Counted from the stretch's first letter, positions 11,036 to 22,489 are shown. The stretch is 64,000 nt of DNA from Longimicrobiales bacterium (GCA_965198065.1 CBDAON010000004.1:288001-352000); one strand, 5' to 3'. Notes: generated from the sequence alone by a model not told the origin. Numbers and translations: made by a program.

Positions 11036-12694
11036 CTACGGCCCGTCCCCCACGCCGTTCGCCCCGGCCGGTGCGTCAGGAGGAGCCGCCGCGGGGTCCC
11101 CTGCCCCCGCCGCGCTGTTGCCTTCATCGGGCGCTTCGGCCGCGGGGGGGAGGAGCGGAATGTTCGCCATACAAAGTGGACAACCGATCACGTGATCGTT
11201 TACGCCGAGACCGAGTCTTTGTCGGCGAGCGGCCATCTCCGCGACGAATTGCTCGTCCGTCAGGCGCACCCGGTTTCCTAGGTCGATGAACATGTTCGTG
11301 ATGGACCGATTGCCGGATCCCTGCCAGTTCCTGGGATCCGGAACGTTCGGGCTGTCCTCGGACATGTCCATGTATCCCACCAGATGTACGACCGTCCCCT
11401 TGGGTAGAAGAGGCGCGTAGTCGTCGTCGTAGGTGTACTGCTTGACCCAGTTGTGGTCATACCCCGCGCAGTTCAGGGTCTCAATCTGCATCCCCCAGAT
11501 GGCCTGAAGGCACATCCGTGCCCCCGGTCCGTGGAGATGCGGCTCGAACGAGGTGATCTTCACATGCTCGTCGAGGACGGCAAACGCGTGGAGCTCCTGG
11601 TACTCCTCCTGGCCCCCTCGAATATCGATGTTCAACCCGTCGCCCAGACTGAAGCCCCCTCTTCTGTACTCGGGCTCGTAATCGACCGAATGGAAATACC
11701 AACCTATCTCCAGGTGCGCCCGCGTATCCGCACCGTTGGAGTGTAGATGGACCGAGTTCGACACCACCTGGGATCCGGCCCGGAGAAGCCTGCCCGCCCT
11801 GGGATTGAAGATGTCGGGATTGCGTCCGAGCTCGTGAACGGGCCAACCGGTGCGGGTACTCTCCTCCTCGCGATCGGGCTCCGCGCTCTGCCCCGAGGCC
11901 TGCTGCTGGCCGGTGTCGGCCGTCTGCTGGCCGGCGTCGGCCGCCTGCCCCGCCGGAGCCTCCTCGGCCTCCTCCCCTTCCTCCAGCTCGGGCATTCGGG
12001 TGCTCCAGATCATGTGATGCACAATCCAGTGGCCCCCGACGGACGTATCGTCCGCGGCATCTCTCACGACCGAGTTCACCTCCCGGATCGCCACCGCACG
12101 CACGTACCTGTCTTCGCTCAACCCCACGGGCACGCTGGGCATGTCACCCCACCAATCGGGCGCGCCCGCGGCCATGAACAATTCTTCCGTTTGCGTGATC
12201 AGATCCGGCTCACCGAGGACGCCGGGCCAGGTTCCCGTCTCGGCAAATACAACGGGGGGAGGCAGGTCCGCCGGATCGCCCAACGGGGCCCCTGCCTCGA
12301 CCCAGGCGCCGATCGTCTCGATCTCCTCTTCCGTCAGGCGCTCGTCATCCTTCATCTGCTGGATGCCAAGGCCCCGCTCCAAGTAATACGGAGGCATCGC
12401 GCCCGCCTCGTCCCGCAAGCTCGTCCGGTACCGAATCAGGGGAGCCCACGGACGGACTTCCTCGTAGGTCATCAGCGACATGGGCGCCACGCCGTCGGGC
12501 CGATGACACTTCTGACAGTTCTCCTGAAGGATCCGCACGACATCCCCCGCGAACGTCACGTCACGCGCGGCGGCACGACCTTCGTTCGCACCTGGCCCCA
12601 GTGCACCCAGCTGCTGGGCTTGAAGGGCGGGGACCGCCGGCACCGACGCAACCGAGAGCCCAGCCGCAATTAGCAGCCACCAACGCATCTTCAT
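11036..12694 (-). CDS. Exported heme-c / copper type II (PHM-like) monooxygenase-domain protein, paralogue 1
   Basis: Signal peptide; CQKCH; VHHM, VHLH, EPHLH, TNMF; C-terminal CPLC; acidic/Gln low-complexity insertion. Confidence 0.7.
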   Translation of the reverse strand: MKMRWWLLIAAGLSVASVPAVPALQAQQLGALGPGANEGRAAARDVTFAGDVVRILQENCQKCHRPDGVAPMSLMTYEEVRPWAPLIRYRTSLRDEAGAMPPYYLERGLGIQQMKDDERLTEEEIETIGAWVEAGAPLGDPADLPPPVVFAETGTWPGVLGEPDLITQTEELFMAAGAPDWWGDMPSVPVGLSEDRYVRAVAIREVNSVVRDAADDTSVGGHWIVHHMIWSTRMPELEEGEEAEEAPAGQAADAGQQTADTGQQQASGQSAEPDREEESTRTGWPVHELGRNPDIFNPRAGRLLRAGSQVVSNSVHLHSNGADTRAHLEIGWYFHSVDYEPEYRRGGFSLGDGLNIDIRGGQEEYQELHAFAVLDEHVKITSFEPHLHGPGARMCLQAIWGMQIETLNCAGYDHNWVKQYTYDDDYAPLLPKGTVVHLVGYMDMSEDSPNVPDPRNWQGSGNRSITNMFIDLGNRVRLTDEQFVAEMAARRQRLGLGVNDHVIGCPLCMANIPLLPPAAEAPDEGNSAAGAGDPAAAPPDAPAGANGVGDGP

Positions 12695-12851
12695 CGCGCG
12701 CTCCCGACAAGGATGAGCGTAGGACAACTCCCCAAGGGGGTCACCCGGTCTCCGTCGTACTCAATACCAGCGTGCCGGTCGTGAAACAAGTCCTCCGTTC
12801 GAGGCCTCGCGGAGGAAGCGGCTCGCCCCTCGTCTCTGCCTCGCGACCGAA

Positions 12852-13907
12852 TCAGATCGTTCCTGGTGTCACCTGGACGGTGACCTCGACGTCCGCGAAC
12901 AGACCTCCGTCGTCGGCTCGTCCACGGAGGACGTACGTGCCCGGCTCAGGGAACGTCACGCGCGTAACGTAGCGACCGTCTTCGGGAACGGGTGGGGGGA
13001 CCCAAAACGCCGCCCACGGCGAGTTGGCGAACGTGCGAGTATCTTCCCACGGCTTCACCTGGGGCGGATCGAACCCCACGGCCGCACCCGGGCCCCGGTA
13101 GACGAACCACGAGAGGTGGAGGCCGTCCGTCTTCCCCACCGTGATGCGTCGCGGCTCCCTCAGCGCACGGTCCAACAGTTGCTGCGCCGTCGCGTCCGCC
13201 TCCGGCGGGTTCCCGCCCGCTTCGGGAACTCCGTCATCCGTGACCACGGCCACGAGAGTGAGGACCTCGCCTACCGATACGGTGCGGACGGTTTCGCTGT
13301 CCAGCTCGAGGGTCGGCGGCTCGTTCGCGCGTACGCGTTCGTTGCTCGTGCCCGCCCCAAGCGAGCCCGTCTCAGACATGATCACCATGTTGTCGATCAT
13401 GTAATCCCTGGCCAGAGACCCGTACGCCCTTTCCGTCGAGCCGTTCGCCGCGAGCGTCCACACCACCTCCCGGTCCCCCTCCGAGAAGTCGGCCGGAACC
13501 CGAACCGTGAACACGAAGCGGTTCCGTCGAGGAAGGAAGTACGTGGGCTGGCCCTGGTCGGCGGCCGCGAGCTCGAAGCCCGATCGCTCGAGTTCGTTCA
13601 GGGCCCCGACGTCCACGACCGCAAAGTAATTGTCGGGCCCGACCGGAACCTGGATCTCCTCCTCCCAGTTCCGGTTCATATATCCGAAGACGATGTCGTA
13701 GGAACCGTCGTCGTTACTCATCCAACCCTCGAAGGCCGGGGAAATTCCCTGGCCGAACGAGTAGGATGCCCGAAGCTGGGCTCCGGCGGCCGGCGTCCAC
13801 AGGATGAGCACAGCAGCGAGGGCCCCGAGCACCACTCGGGCCGGGTGTCCCCACCCTCTCACATCTCGGATCGCCATGAGGGGCCGTCGGCGTCGGTCGG
13901 TCGTCAC
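12852..13907 (-). CDS. Uncharacterised exported protein with C-terminal Ig/PKD-like segment
   Basis: Signal peptide ending AGA-Q; GQGISPAFEGW, FGYMNRN, QPTYFLPRR, FPEPGTYVLRGRADDG; GTGA overlap with the upstream gene (alternative start 13877). Confidence 0.75.
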   Translation of the reverse strand: MTTDRRRRPLMAIRDVRGWGHPARVVLGALAAVLILWTPAAGAQLRASYSFGQGISPAFEGWMSNDDGSYDIVFGYMNRNWEEEIQVPVGPDNYFAVVDVGALNELERSGFELAAADQGQPTYFLPRRNRFVFTVRVPADFSEGDREVVWTLAANGSTERAYGSLARDYMIDNMVIMSETGSLGAGTSNERVRANEPPTLELDSETVRTVSVGEVLTLVAVVTDDGVPEAGGNPPEADATAQQLLDRALREPRRITVGKTDGLHLSWFVYRGPGAAVGFDPPQVKPWEDTRTFANSPWAAFWVPPPVPEDGRYVTRVTFPEPGTYVLRGRADDGGLFADVEVTVQVTPGTI

Positions 13908-15374
13908 GGGCCGTCGGCGTCCGCGGCCTGGTCCTGGCTCTCGAACGGCGGGACGTTCGCCATGCAAAGGGGACAGCCGACGACGTGATCATTCACGCCC
14001 ACCCCCAATCGCTCACGGCGCGTCGCCATCTCCTGGACGAACTGCTCGTCCGTCAGAGCCACGCGGCTCCCGAGATCGATGAACATGTTCGTGATCGAGC
14101 GGTTCCCCGAGCCCTGCCAGTTCCGCGGATCCGGAACGTTGGGGCTGTCCTCCGACATGTCCATGGAGCCCACGAGGTGGAGCACCGTCCCCGCCGGCAG
14201 GATGGGCGCATGGTCGTCGTCGTAGACGTACTGCTTGACCCAGTTGTGATCGTAGCCGGAGCAGTTCAGGGTCTCGATCTGCATTCCCCAAATGGCCTGG
14301 AGGCACATGCGCGCGCCCGGGCCGTGCAGGTGAGGCTCGAAGGATACGATCTTGGTGTGGACATCGAGCACCTGGAAGGCATGGAGCTCCTGGAGCCCCT
14401 CGACGCCCCCACGGATGTCTATGTTCATCCCATCGCCCAGCTCGAAGCCCAGGCTCCGGTATTCCGGCTCATAGTCGGGTGGGTGGAGGTAGAACCCGAT
14501 CTCCAGGTGCGCTCGCGTGTCCCGGCCGTTCGAGTGCAGATGCACGGAGCTCGACACGACCTCGGAGCCCGCCCGGAGGAGGCGACCCGCTCTGGGGTCG
14601 AAGATGTCGGGATTCCGCCCGAGCTCGTGCACTGGCCAAAACGTGAGTCCGCCCCCTCCGCGCGTGCTCCAGATCATGTGGTGGACGACCCAGCGCCCTC
14701 CGACGGATGTTTCATTCGCGGCGCCACCCACCGCTGTGTTCACTTCCCGAATCTCGACGGCATTCACATATCGGTCCTCCGTGAGCCCCGTCGGTACGCT
14801 CGGCATGTCGCCCCACCAGTCAAGGGTCCCCGGCCTCGACGAAGAAGTCCTCCGTGCTCACAACGAGGTCGGGCGTGCCCCGCCTCCAATCGCCGGAGTC
14901 GTCCCAGACCTTCTTAGGGGGCATCTCGGAGGGATCTCCGAGGGGCGCTCCGGCGTCCACCCAGGCCGCGATGGTCTGGATCTCGGCCTCGGTCAGCCTC
15001 TCGTCGTTCTGCATTTCCTGGATGCCGATGCCACGCTCGAGGTAGTACGGGGGCATGACGCCCGCACGGTCCCGGAGCCCGGTCCGGTACTTGATGAGCG
15101 GCGCCCACGGTCGGACCTGCTCGTAGGTCTCGAAGGCCATTGGAGCCACGCCGTCCGGGCGATGGCACTTCTGGCAGTTGTCCTGGAGGATCGGGAGCAC
15201 GTCCCTCGCGAAGGTGACCTCCGGTACGGCACCGCCCGAGACGGCACTAGAAGAGGGTGGAGCTCGGAGCCCCTGGGCCAAGAGACTGCCGGGAACCGAT
15301 GCGATGGCAGCGCAGGCCAGGGCGACGAGCGTCGCCCCCGAGGTCAGCGGATGGTCGTTCGCTCCGAGCTTCAT
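13904..15374 (-). CDS. Exported heme-c / copper type II (PHM-like) monooxygenase-domain protein, paralogue 2; frameshift at ~14821
   Basis: Collinear with paralogue 1 (CQKCH, VHHM, VHLH, EPHLH, TNMF, CPLC); removing one T restores ...GDPDWWGDMP; GGAGG RBS. Confidence 0.72.
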
Positions 15375-15685
15375 GGCTACCTCCGCGACGATGTCCAGGG
15401 GCCCGGGCCGCACTCCTGTCGCCACAATCAACGGCGGATCGAGGCGACGCGGTGCGCGGTGAGCGTCTAAAAAAACTAGCCACGGAACCCCGAAGCCAGC
15501 AAGCACGCGAAAAGCGTGAGCGGGACAGCGGGCCTCGCCCCCGGCGAGCCCTCCTCGCTCCTGGCCCACGGAGCGAGCTCACTTGCGGCCTCTGGCAAGC
15601 GCTCTTGCCGAGGGCCCTCGCGATTCCTACTGTTCGCTCGCGCGTTCGAGGAGGCGTTTCATTACATCAGGTACGAGGCAAGAGC

Positions 15686-16108
15686 ATGCATAGCGGCGCA
15701 CGTTTCGCCTGGATTGCGGTCGCGGCTTCTCTGGTGACGGGCTGCGCGTCCGCGGGCGCGGGCGGAGGTGCGGCGGCCCCGACGGCGGGCGCGGGCGGAG
15801 GTGCGGCGGCCCCGATGGCGGCCACGCCCGAGCTGATCGCCGAAGGACAGCAGCTCTTCGCACAGACCTGCCAGGCGTGCCACGGACCCGGTGGAATGAA
15901 CGGTAGCCTCGGTCCGGATTTGACGGACGACGAGTGGCTCTGGGTCGATCCGAGCAGTCCGACGGCGATGTCGGACGTGATGAACGTGATCAGGATAGGG
16001 GTCGCCACGCCGAGCTCGCCGGGAGGCTTTGGGATGCCCGCGATGGGGGGGGCGACCTTCACGGACCCGCAGCTCAATGCGCTCGCGGCTTACATCCTTT
16101 CGCTCTAG
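15686..16108 (+). CDS. Monoheme c-type cytochrome lipoprotein
   Basis: Lipobox VTGC; CQACH; GPDLTD; axial-Met motif GMPAMG. Confidence 0.88.
   Translation: MHSGARFAWIAVAASLVTGCASAGAGGGAAAPTAGAGGGAAAPMAATPELIAEGQQLFAQTCQACHGPGGMNGSLGPDLTDDEWLWVDPSSPTAMSDVMNVIRIGVATPSSPGGFGMPAMGGATFTDPQLNALAAYILSL
15752..15817. repeat. 33-bp in-frame tandem repeat in the cytochrome c linker
   Basis: Encodes AGAGGGAAAP(T/M) twice; one mismatch. Confidence 0.9.
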
Positions 16109-16207
16109 CCACGCCCGGGCGGCGTCCCGACCAAGCAGCGTGCCGGCCCCGGACAACGTCGTGAAGGTGACCTGATCCCAAGATCGAGCTCTTCACCGTG
16201 TGGACCG

Positions 16208-16237
16208 AGGGCCCCCCGGAGCGATCCGGGGGGCCCT
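16208..16237. terminator. Terminator hairpin between convergent genes
   Basis: AGGGCCCCCCGGA-GCGA-TCCGGGGGGCCCT followed by TCTGCTTT. Confidence 0.7.
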
Positions 16238-16344
16238 TCTGCTTTCCAGGTGCTCCGCGCCGGCCTCGGCAGTCCACTCTCCCCCATCCCCGGTGGCTCG
16301 GCACCCGCTCGCTCACCGCCGGCCTCCGAACCGGCCCCGCCGGC

Positions 16345-16545
16345 TCAGCCCTGGTCCGGCGGCATCACGAACCAGAGGATGACGTAGACCAACGCCCCGG
16401 GGAAGCCGGCGGAGAGGAGCGAGAGGACAACATAGGCGATGCGGACGGCGGTCGGGTCCCACCCGAGCCACCGTGCGATCCCGGCACACACTCCCGCCAC
16501 CATCCGGTCATCGGACGACCGCGTGAGTGGATCGGAGGTCTGCAT
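16345..16545 (-). CDS. pspC: PspC domain protein
   Basis: LTRSSDDRMVAGVCAGIA...DPTAVR...YVILWFVMP. Confidence 0.88.
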   Translation of the reverse strand: MQTSDPLTRSSDDRMVAGVCAGIARWLGWDPTAVRIAYVVLSLLSAGFPGALVYVILWFVMPPDQG

Positions 16546-16570
16546 CGCTCGAATATGCCGTCGGGCTCCT

Positions 16571-16610
16571 GAGAAAGAAAACCGCGGGCCACCGTGCGAT
16601 GACCCGCGGT
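16571..16610 (-). terminator. groESL terminator
   Basis: ACCGCGGG...CCCGCGGT stem followed on the minus strand by TTTCTTTCTC. Confidence 0.7.
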
Positions 16611-16674
16611 CCTCGCCAACTGGCGTGGCAGCCTCGAGACATGGATGCCCCGCCGTCCCTCTGCTGCTGCCCCG

Positions 16675-18345
<1,671 letters not shown>

Positions 18346-18374
18346 TCACCCCGGCATGGCCGGGCCTCGTCGCC

Positions 18375-18683
18375 TCACCCACCCATCACGGCGAGGATGT
18401 CCGACTCCCGGAGGATCAGGTACTCCTCCCCGTCCACTGTGACTTCGGTGCCCGAGTACTTCCCGTAGAGAACCGTGTCTCCCTTCTTCACGTCCGGCTT
18501 GAGGCGTTCGCCTTGATCCGAGAGCTTCCCGGGGCCGACCGCGATGATCTTCCCCTGCTGGGGCTTCTCCTTGGCCGTGTCGGGAATGTAGAGGCCGCCC
18601 TTCGTCTGCTCGGCCTCCTCGAGCGCCTGGACAACGACCCGATCGTGAAGGGGACGAATCTTCGTGGCGGATTTAGTCGCCAT
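18375..18683 (-). CDS. groS: Co-chaperonin GroES
   Basis: [36 protein letters not shown]. Confidence 0.98.
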   Translation of the reverse strand: MATKSATKIRPLHDRVVVQALEEAEQTKGGLYIPDTAKEKPQQGKIIAVGPGKLSDQGERLKPDVKKGDTVLYGKYSGTEVTVDGEEYLILRESDILAVMGG

Positions 18684-18741
18684 GCTCTCCTTCCTCCGCG
18701 CTTTCTGTGTGAGCCTCACGAAAACCATTGCCTGCGGACCG

Positions 18742-18768
18742 TTAGCACTCAAAATACACGAGTGCTAA
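18742..18768. promoter_or_regulatory. CIRCE element (HrcA operator)
   Basis: Exact TTAGCACTC-N9-GAGTGCTAA upstream of groES. Confidence 0.97.
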
Positions 18769-18776
18769 CGGAGTCC

Positions 18777-18804
18777 AATCTAGCTGGGGGCCGGAGCCTG
18801 TCAA
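18777..18804 (-). promoter_or_regulatory. sigma70-type promoter of groESL
   Basis: TTGACA-N16-TAGATT on the minus strand, immediately upstream of CIRCE. Confidence 0.7.
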
Positions 18805-18902
18805 CGGGCGACGGGCAGCCAGCCGGGGCGCCCCGAGGGTTCCGAGGGCCGAGCCCAGGGGTTGCGGCCGTGGGGCCCCACCTCCATCCTTCGCGATCCT
18901 CG

Positions 18903-19904
18903 ATGAGGGAACACTACGCGCTCCTCCGCTCGACCAGCCGAACGTTTGCCGTCGGGATCGAGGCGCTTCCCAGGCAGCTGAGGGAAGCCGTGACGCTGGC
19001 CTACCTGGTCCTCCGCGTCGCGGACTATTTCGAGGACTCCCCGACCCTCGGCCCGGAGGAGAAGCGCCGCCACCTGACCGCGTGGGCCGCCCTGTTGGAG
19101 GCCGCGGACCGGCTTCCGGATCCCGCGGCCCTCGGGCCGCTCCTGGACGGCGTTTCCCGTGAAGATCGGGACCTTCCCGACTACGCCGCGGCCACCGCGG
19201 CCCGGTCGATCCTGTCTGGATTGGCCGCCCTGCCGCCGAAGTTTCGCGATTCGATTCGTCGGCACACCGCCAACACGACCCGGGGGATGGCCGCCTGGAC
19301 CCGTCTGGGCGACGACTTTCCGGACGAGGCGGCCCTCGACCGATACATGTACGAGGTGGCCGGACGGGTGGGTGTGCTCCTCACGGAGCTCTTCGCCGCC
19401 CATTCGGCGCCGATCCGCAGGCGTTCCCGCTCCCTCCTCGAGCGGGCCGTGTCCTTCGGGCTCGGCCTGCAGACCGTGAACGTGATCCGCGGCCTCCACG
19501 AGGACCCTGCCCGCGGGTGGAGCTACGTGCCTCGGACCATCCTTCCGGGCGGGGAGCGTTGGTCGGATCCGCGCCGGCTCGGACAGGACGATCGGGCGCG
19601 AATCGTGGACTTCCTGGTCCGAAAGGCGGGCCGGCACATCGCGGACGCCCTCGCCTACTGCCAGGACCTGCCGAGGACCGAGCGCGGGATCCGGGTCTTT
19701 TGCGTGATTCCCGCCCTCCTCGCGGCCCGCACGGCCGCGTGGAGCCGCGGGAACCCGGAGGTGTTCGACGGACCCGTCAAGGTGAGCCGGTCCGACGTCG
19801 GAAAGCTCGTGCTCCGGACCCGGCTGCTCTTTTTTTCGAACGGGTGGCTCGAGAAGGAGCGGCTCCGGGCCCTCGCCCTCGCCAGCGGAAACGGAGAGGG
19901 CTAG
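18903..19904 (+). CDS. Squalene/phytoene synthase family protein (single-enzyme SQS-like)
   Basis: TSRTFA, YLVLRVADYFED, YMYEVAGRVG, GLGLQTVNVIR, VKVSR. Confidence 0.85.
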   Translation: MREHYALLRSTSRTFAVGIEALPRQLREAVTLAYLVLRVADYFEDSPTLGPEEKRRHLTAWAALLEAADRLPDPAALGPLLDGVSREDRDLPDYAAATAARSILSGLAALPPKFRDSIRRHTANTTRGMAAWTRLGDDFPDEAALDRYMYEVAGRVGVLLTELFAAHSAPIRRRSRSLLERAVSFGLGLQTVNVIRGLHEDPARGWSYVPRTILPGGERWSDPRRLGQDDRARIVDFLVRKAGRHIADALAYCQDLPRTERGIRVFCVIPALLAARTAAWSRGNPEVFDGPVKVSRSDVGKLVLRTRLLFFSNGWLEKERLRALALASGNGEG

Positions 19905-20710
19905 CCGCCCTTCCCTTCCCCCTCCAGGTGTCGGCCGGCCAGCTCGAGCCCGATCAGCGTCAGGTGCGGGTCGACTCTCTGAATCGTCCTGGAGTGTGCC
20001 ACGACGATCGGCGCATGTCCCCCCGTGGCCACGACCTGCACGTCAGGCCGCTCCCACTCGTCACGGATCCTGCCGACGATCCCGTCGATTGCATCCACGG
20101 CGGAGAAGAAGAGGCCACTCTGGAGGCAGGTTTCGGTCCTCCTTCCGATCACCGTGTCGGGAGGCCGAAGCTCCACCCGTGGAAGCTTGGCCGTCCGGCC
20201 GGCCAGCCACTCCTGCCCCGCGAGGAGCCCCGGTGCGATCACGCCCCCGAGGAAGCGCCCCCCCGCGGCGATGCAGTCGTAGGTGATGGCGGTGCCGAGG
20301 TCCACGACGATCGCATCCCGGTCGTAGAGGTGCGAGGCGGCGAGGGTGTTGGCGATGCGGTCGGCGCCGACGGTTCTGGGCTCCTCCACGTCCAGGCGAA
20401 TCGGGAGCCCGTCGGCGCTCTCAAGGACGTGCACGCGGTCCGGCTCGAGCCCGGGGAGGGTCCGCCGGAGGAGCTCGGTCTGAACTGGGGAGACGGACCC
20501 CAGGACGACTCGCGCCACCGCCTCTCTCTCGATCATCCCGGTGTCGTTCAGGAACATCTTATATAGGAGCAGGAGCTCTTCGGGCGTGCGCGGAACGGAG
20601 GTGGTATAGCGCCAGTGGGCCAGCACATCGAGCGAGCCCGGACGGAAGAGGCCTACGACCGTCTCGGTGTTCCCAACGTCCACCACCAGGTGAGTCATGT
20701 CAGTCTCCAT
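19901..20710 (-). CDS. coaX: Type III pantothenate kinase
   Basis: VDVGNT, VGADR, VDLGTA, GGVIAPG, VATGG. Confidence 0.95.
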   Translation of the reverse strand: METDMTHLVVDVGNTETVVGLFRPGSLDVLAHWRYTTSVPRTPEELLLLYKMFLNDTGMIEREAVARVVLGSVSPVQTELLRRTLPGLEPDRVHVLESADGLPIRLDVEEPRTVGADRIANTLAASHLYDRDAIVVDLGTAITYDCIAAGGRFLGGVIAPGLLAGQEWLAGRTAKLPRVELRPPDTVIGRRTETCLQSGLFFSAVDAIDGIVGRIRDEWERPDVQVVATGGHAPIVVAHSRTIQRVDPHLTLIGLELAGRHLEGEGKGG

Positions 20711-21533
20711 TGCTATGAAGCGCGGGCGAGGCCCCCCGCTCCATCAGCCGAACCCGGCCCGACCTCACGGTAACCACGCTACCGTCGGCGAGGCTCAGCT
20801 CCAGTGCTCCGTCCTCTCGGACCCCCGCGCAGATCCCGACCGCGCCCCCCTCGGCTACGACCGGCCGGCCGCGGAGACAGTCCCTCGTCTCCCACTCGGC
20901 CCGCAGCGCGCCGTCCACGACACGAGGCACCGGATCGGCCCACGCGCGGAGCTCGTCGACGAGCGCCGAGGCGAGATCGGGCTCGGCGATCCCCCGAGCC
21001 GCGATCTCCTCGAGGAAGCCGGCCCGCGCCTCGAGGTGCGCGGGGGCTTCCCATCCCGCGCGGCGCAGGTTGACGCCAATCCCCGCGACCGCTCGTCCCT
21101 CCGCCTCCGCTACCGTCTCGCAGAGGATCCCTGCCACCTTCCGACCGCCTCGGAGGATGTCGTTCGGCCACTTGAGCTGGACGGCAATCCCTGCCGCGCG
21201 CTCCACGGCCCTCGCTGTGGCAACGCCGACCGCCAGGGACAGCGGCGCCGAAGCTTCCTGTGCTCGAAACGGGAGCAGCACGGAGATCCAGAGCCCCACG
21301 CCGGCCGGAGAGTGCCAGCTGGCTCCCCCGCGCCCGCGCCCTCGAGTCTGCGATCCCGCGACTACGGTCGTAAAGGTGGCGGCCCCCCGGAGCGCGAGCT
21401 CACGTGCCCGATCGTTCGTGGACGCGAGCTCGGCATGGACCTCGATCCTCGGAAGGCCCAGGTGACGCGCCCACGCCTCCGCCCCGAGCGCCCCCCAAGC
21501 CGCGGGAAGGGTTTCCGGCGGTTGGATCGTCAC
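20700..21533 (-). CDS. birA: Biotin-protein ligase (no HTH domain)
   Basis: STN, QTRGRGRGG.W, KWPND, KVAGIL, GIGVN; GTGA overlap with nadC. Confidence 0.9.
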   Translation of the reverse strand: MTIQPPETLPAAWGALGAEAWARHLGLPRIEVHAELASTNDRARELALRGAATFTTVVAGSQTRGRGRGGASWHSPAGVGLWISVLLPFRAQEASAPLSLAVGVATARAVERAAGIAVQLKWPNDILRGGRKVAGILCETVAEAEGRAVAGIGVNLRRAGWEAPAHLEARAGFLEEIAARGIAEPDLASALVDELRAWADPVPRVVDGALRAEWETRDCLRGRPVVAEGGAVGICAGVREDGALELSLADGSVVTVRSGRVRLMERGASPALHSNGD

Positions 21534-22489
21534 CCGGGTTCCCCTCGGGGCACGCCCCCGGGCAGCTCGATGTCGAGGCCCGAGGGCGTCCGCGCCCGGA
21601 GTGAGAGATCCACCGCCGGGGCCGAATGGGTGAGCGCCCCCACCGAGATCCACCGGATGCCGGCCCCCGCCACGCACCGCACGCGTTCGAGCGTCATGTT
21701 CCCCGACGCCTCGAGCGCCGGGCGGGGGAGCGGCCAGGTTTTAACCTGCTGGACGGCCTCCGCAATGGCCCCGAGCTCCATGTTGTCGAGCAGGATTCGG
21801 TCTACGCGGAGATCCCGGAGCTCATCCAGCTGGTCGAGCGTCGTGACCTCCACCTCGACGGGGAGCCCCTTTGTGTTCCGCTCGAGGACCCGCCGGGTGG
21901 CCTCGCCCACCCCTCCGGCGAGGGCCACGTGGTTGTCCTTCACGAGGGTCATGTCGTGGAGCCCCATCCTGTGGTTGACGCCGCCCCCCAACCGGACCGC
22001 CCACTTCTCGAGGTGCCTCCACCCAGGGGTCGTCTTCCGGGTGTCCGTGATGTCGGCGCCGGTGCCCCGGACGGCGTCCACGAAACGTCGCGTAAGCGTC
22101 GCGACGCCGGAGAGGCGGCCCAGGAAGTTGAGCGCGATCCGCTCGGCCGTGAGGATCGAGCGGGCGGACCCCCGAACGCGGAGGACCGAGCTCCCGGCCG
22201 GGACCCACGCCCCGTCCGGTGCGAGTCCTTCCACGTGGAGGCCAGGGTCCACGCCCCGGAACGCCATGCGAGCTAGAGCCACGCCTGCGAGAACGATGGG
22301 CTCCTTCGCCAGGACCGATGCTTCCGTCTCAAGATCCGGATCGACGGTCCAGAGAGTCGTCCAGTCCCCCGGACCGACGTCCTCGGAGAGCGCTGCCTCG
22401 ACGAGCGTCCGAGCTTCCTCCTGGGTAGCCTCGTCCCAGCCTGCCACGCGGTCCCCGGCAGCTCCCTGCCGCTGATGTCCGGACTTCAA
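21530..22489 (-). CDS. nadC: Nicotinate-nucleotide pyrophosphorylase (QPRTase)
   Basis: DTRKTTPG, NHRMGL, KDNH, EVEV, LLDN, EASG. Confidence 0.96.
   Translation of the reverse strand: MKSGHQRQGAAGDRVAGWDEATQEEARTLVEAALSEDVGPGDWTTLWTVDPDLETEASVLAKEPIVLAGVALARMAFRGVDPGLHVEGLAPDGAWVPAGSSVLRVRGSARSILTAERIALNFLGRLSGVATLTRRFVDAVRGTGADITDTRKTTPGWRHLEKWAVRLGGGVNHRMGLHDMTLVKDNHVALAGGVGEATRRVLERNTKGLPVEVEVTTLDQLDELRDLRVDRILLDNMELGAIAEAVQQVKTWPLPRPALEASGNMTLERVRCVAGAGIRWISVGALTHSAPAVDLSLRARTPSGLDIELPGGVPRGEPG

Noticed and set aside
14820..14822. TGA in monooxygenase paralogue 2 as selenocysteine or readthrough
   Set aside because: Downstream homology is in a different frame, so it is a frameshift rather than an in-frame stop
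11036..15374. Near-identical paralogue segments as a diversity-generating retroelement template/variable pair
   Set aside because: No reverse transcriptase in the window; differences look like ordinary, largely synonymous divergence rather than adenine-specific changes
15593..15610. TGGCAAG...TTGC as a sigma54 promoter
   Set aside because: GG-to-GC spacing is 11 rather than 10 on both strands; better explained as a hairpin
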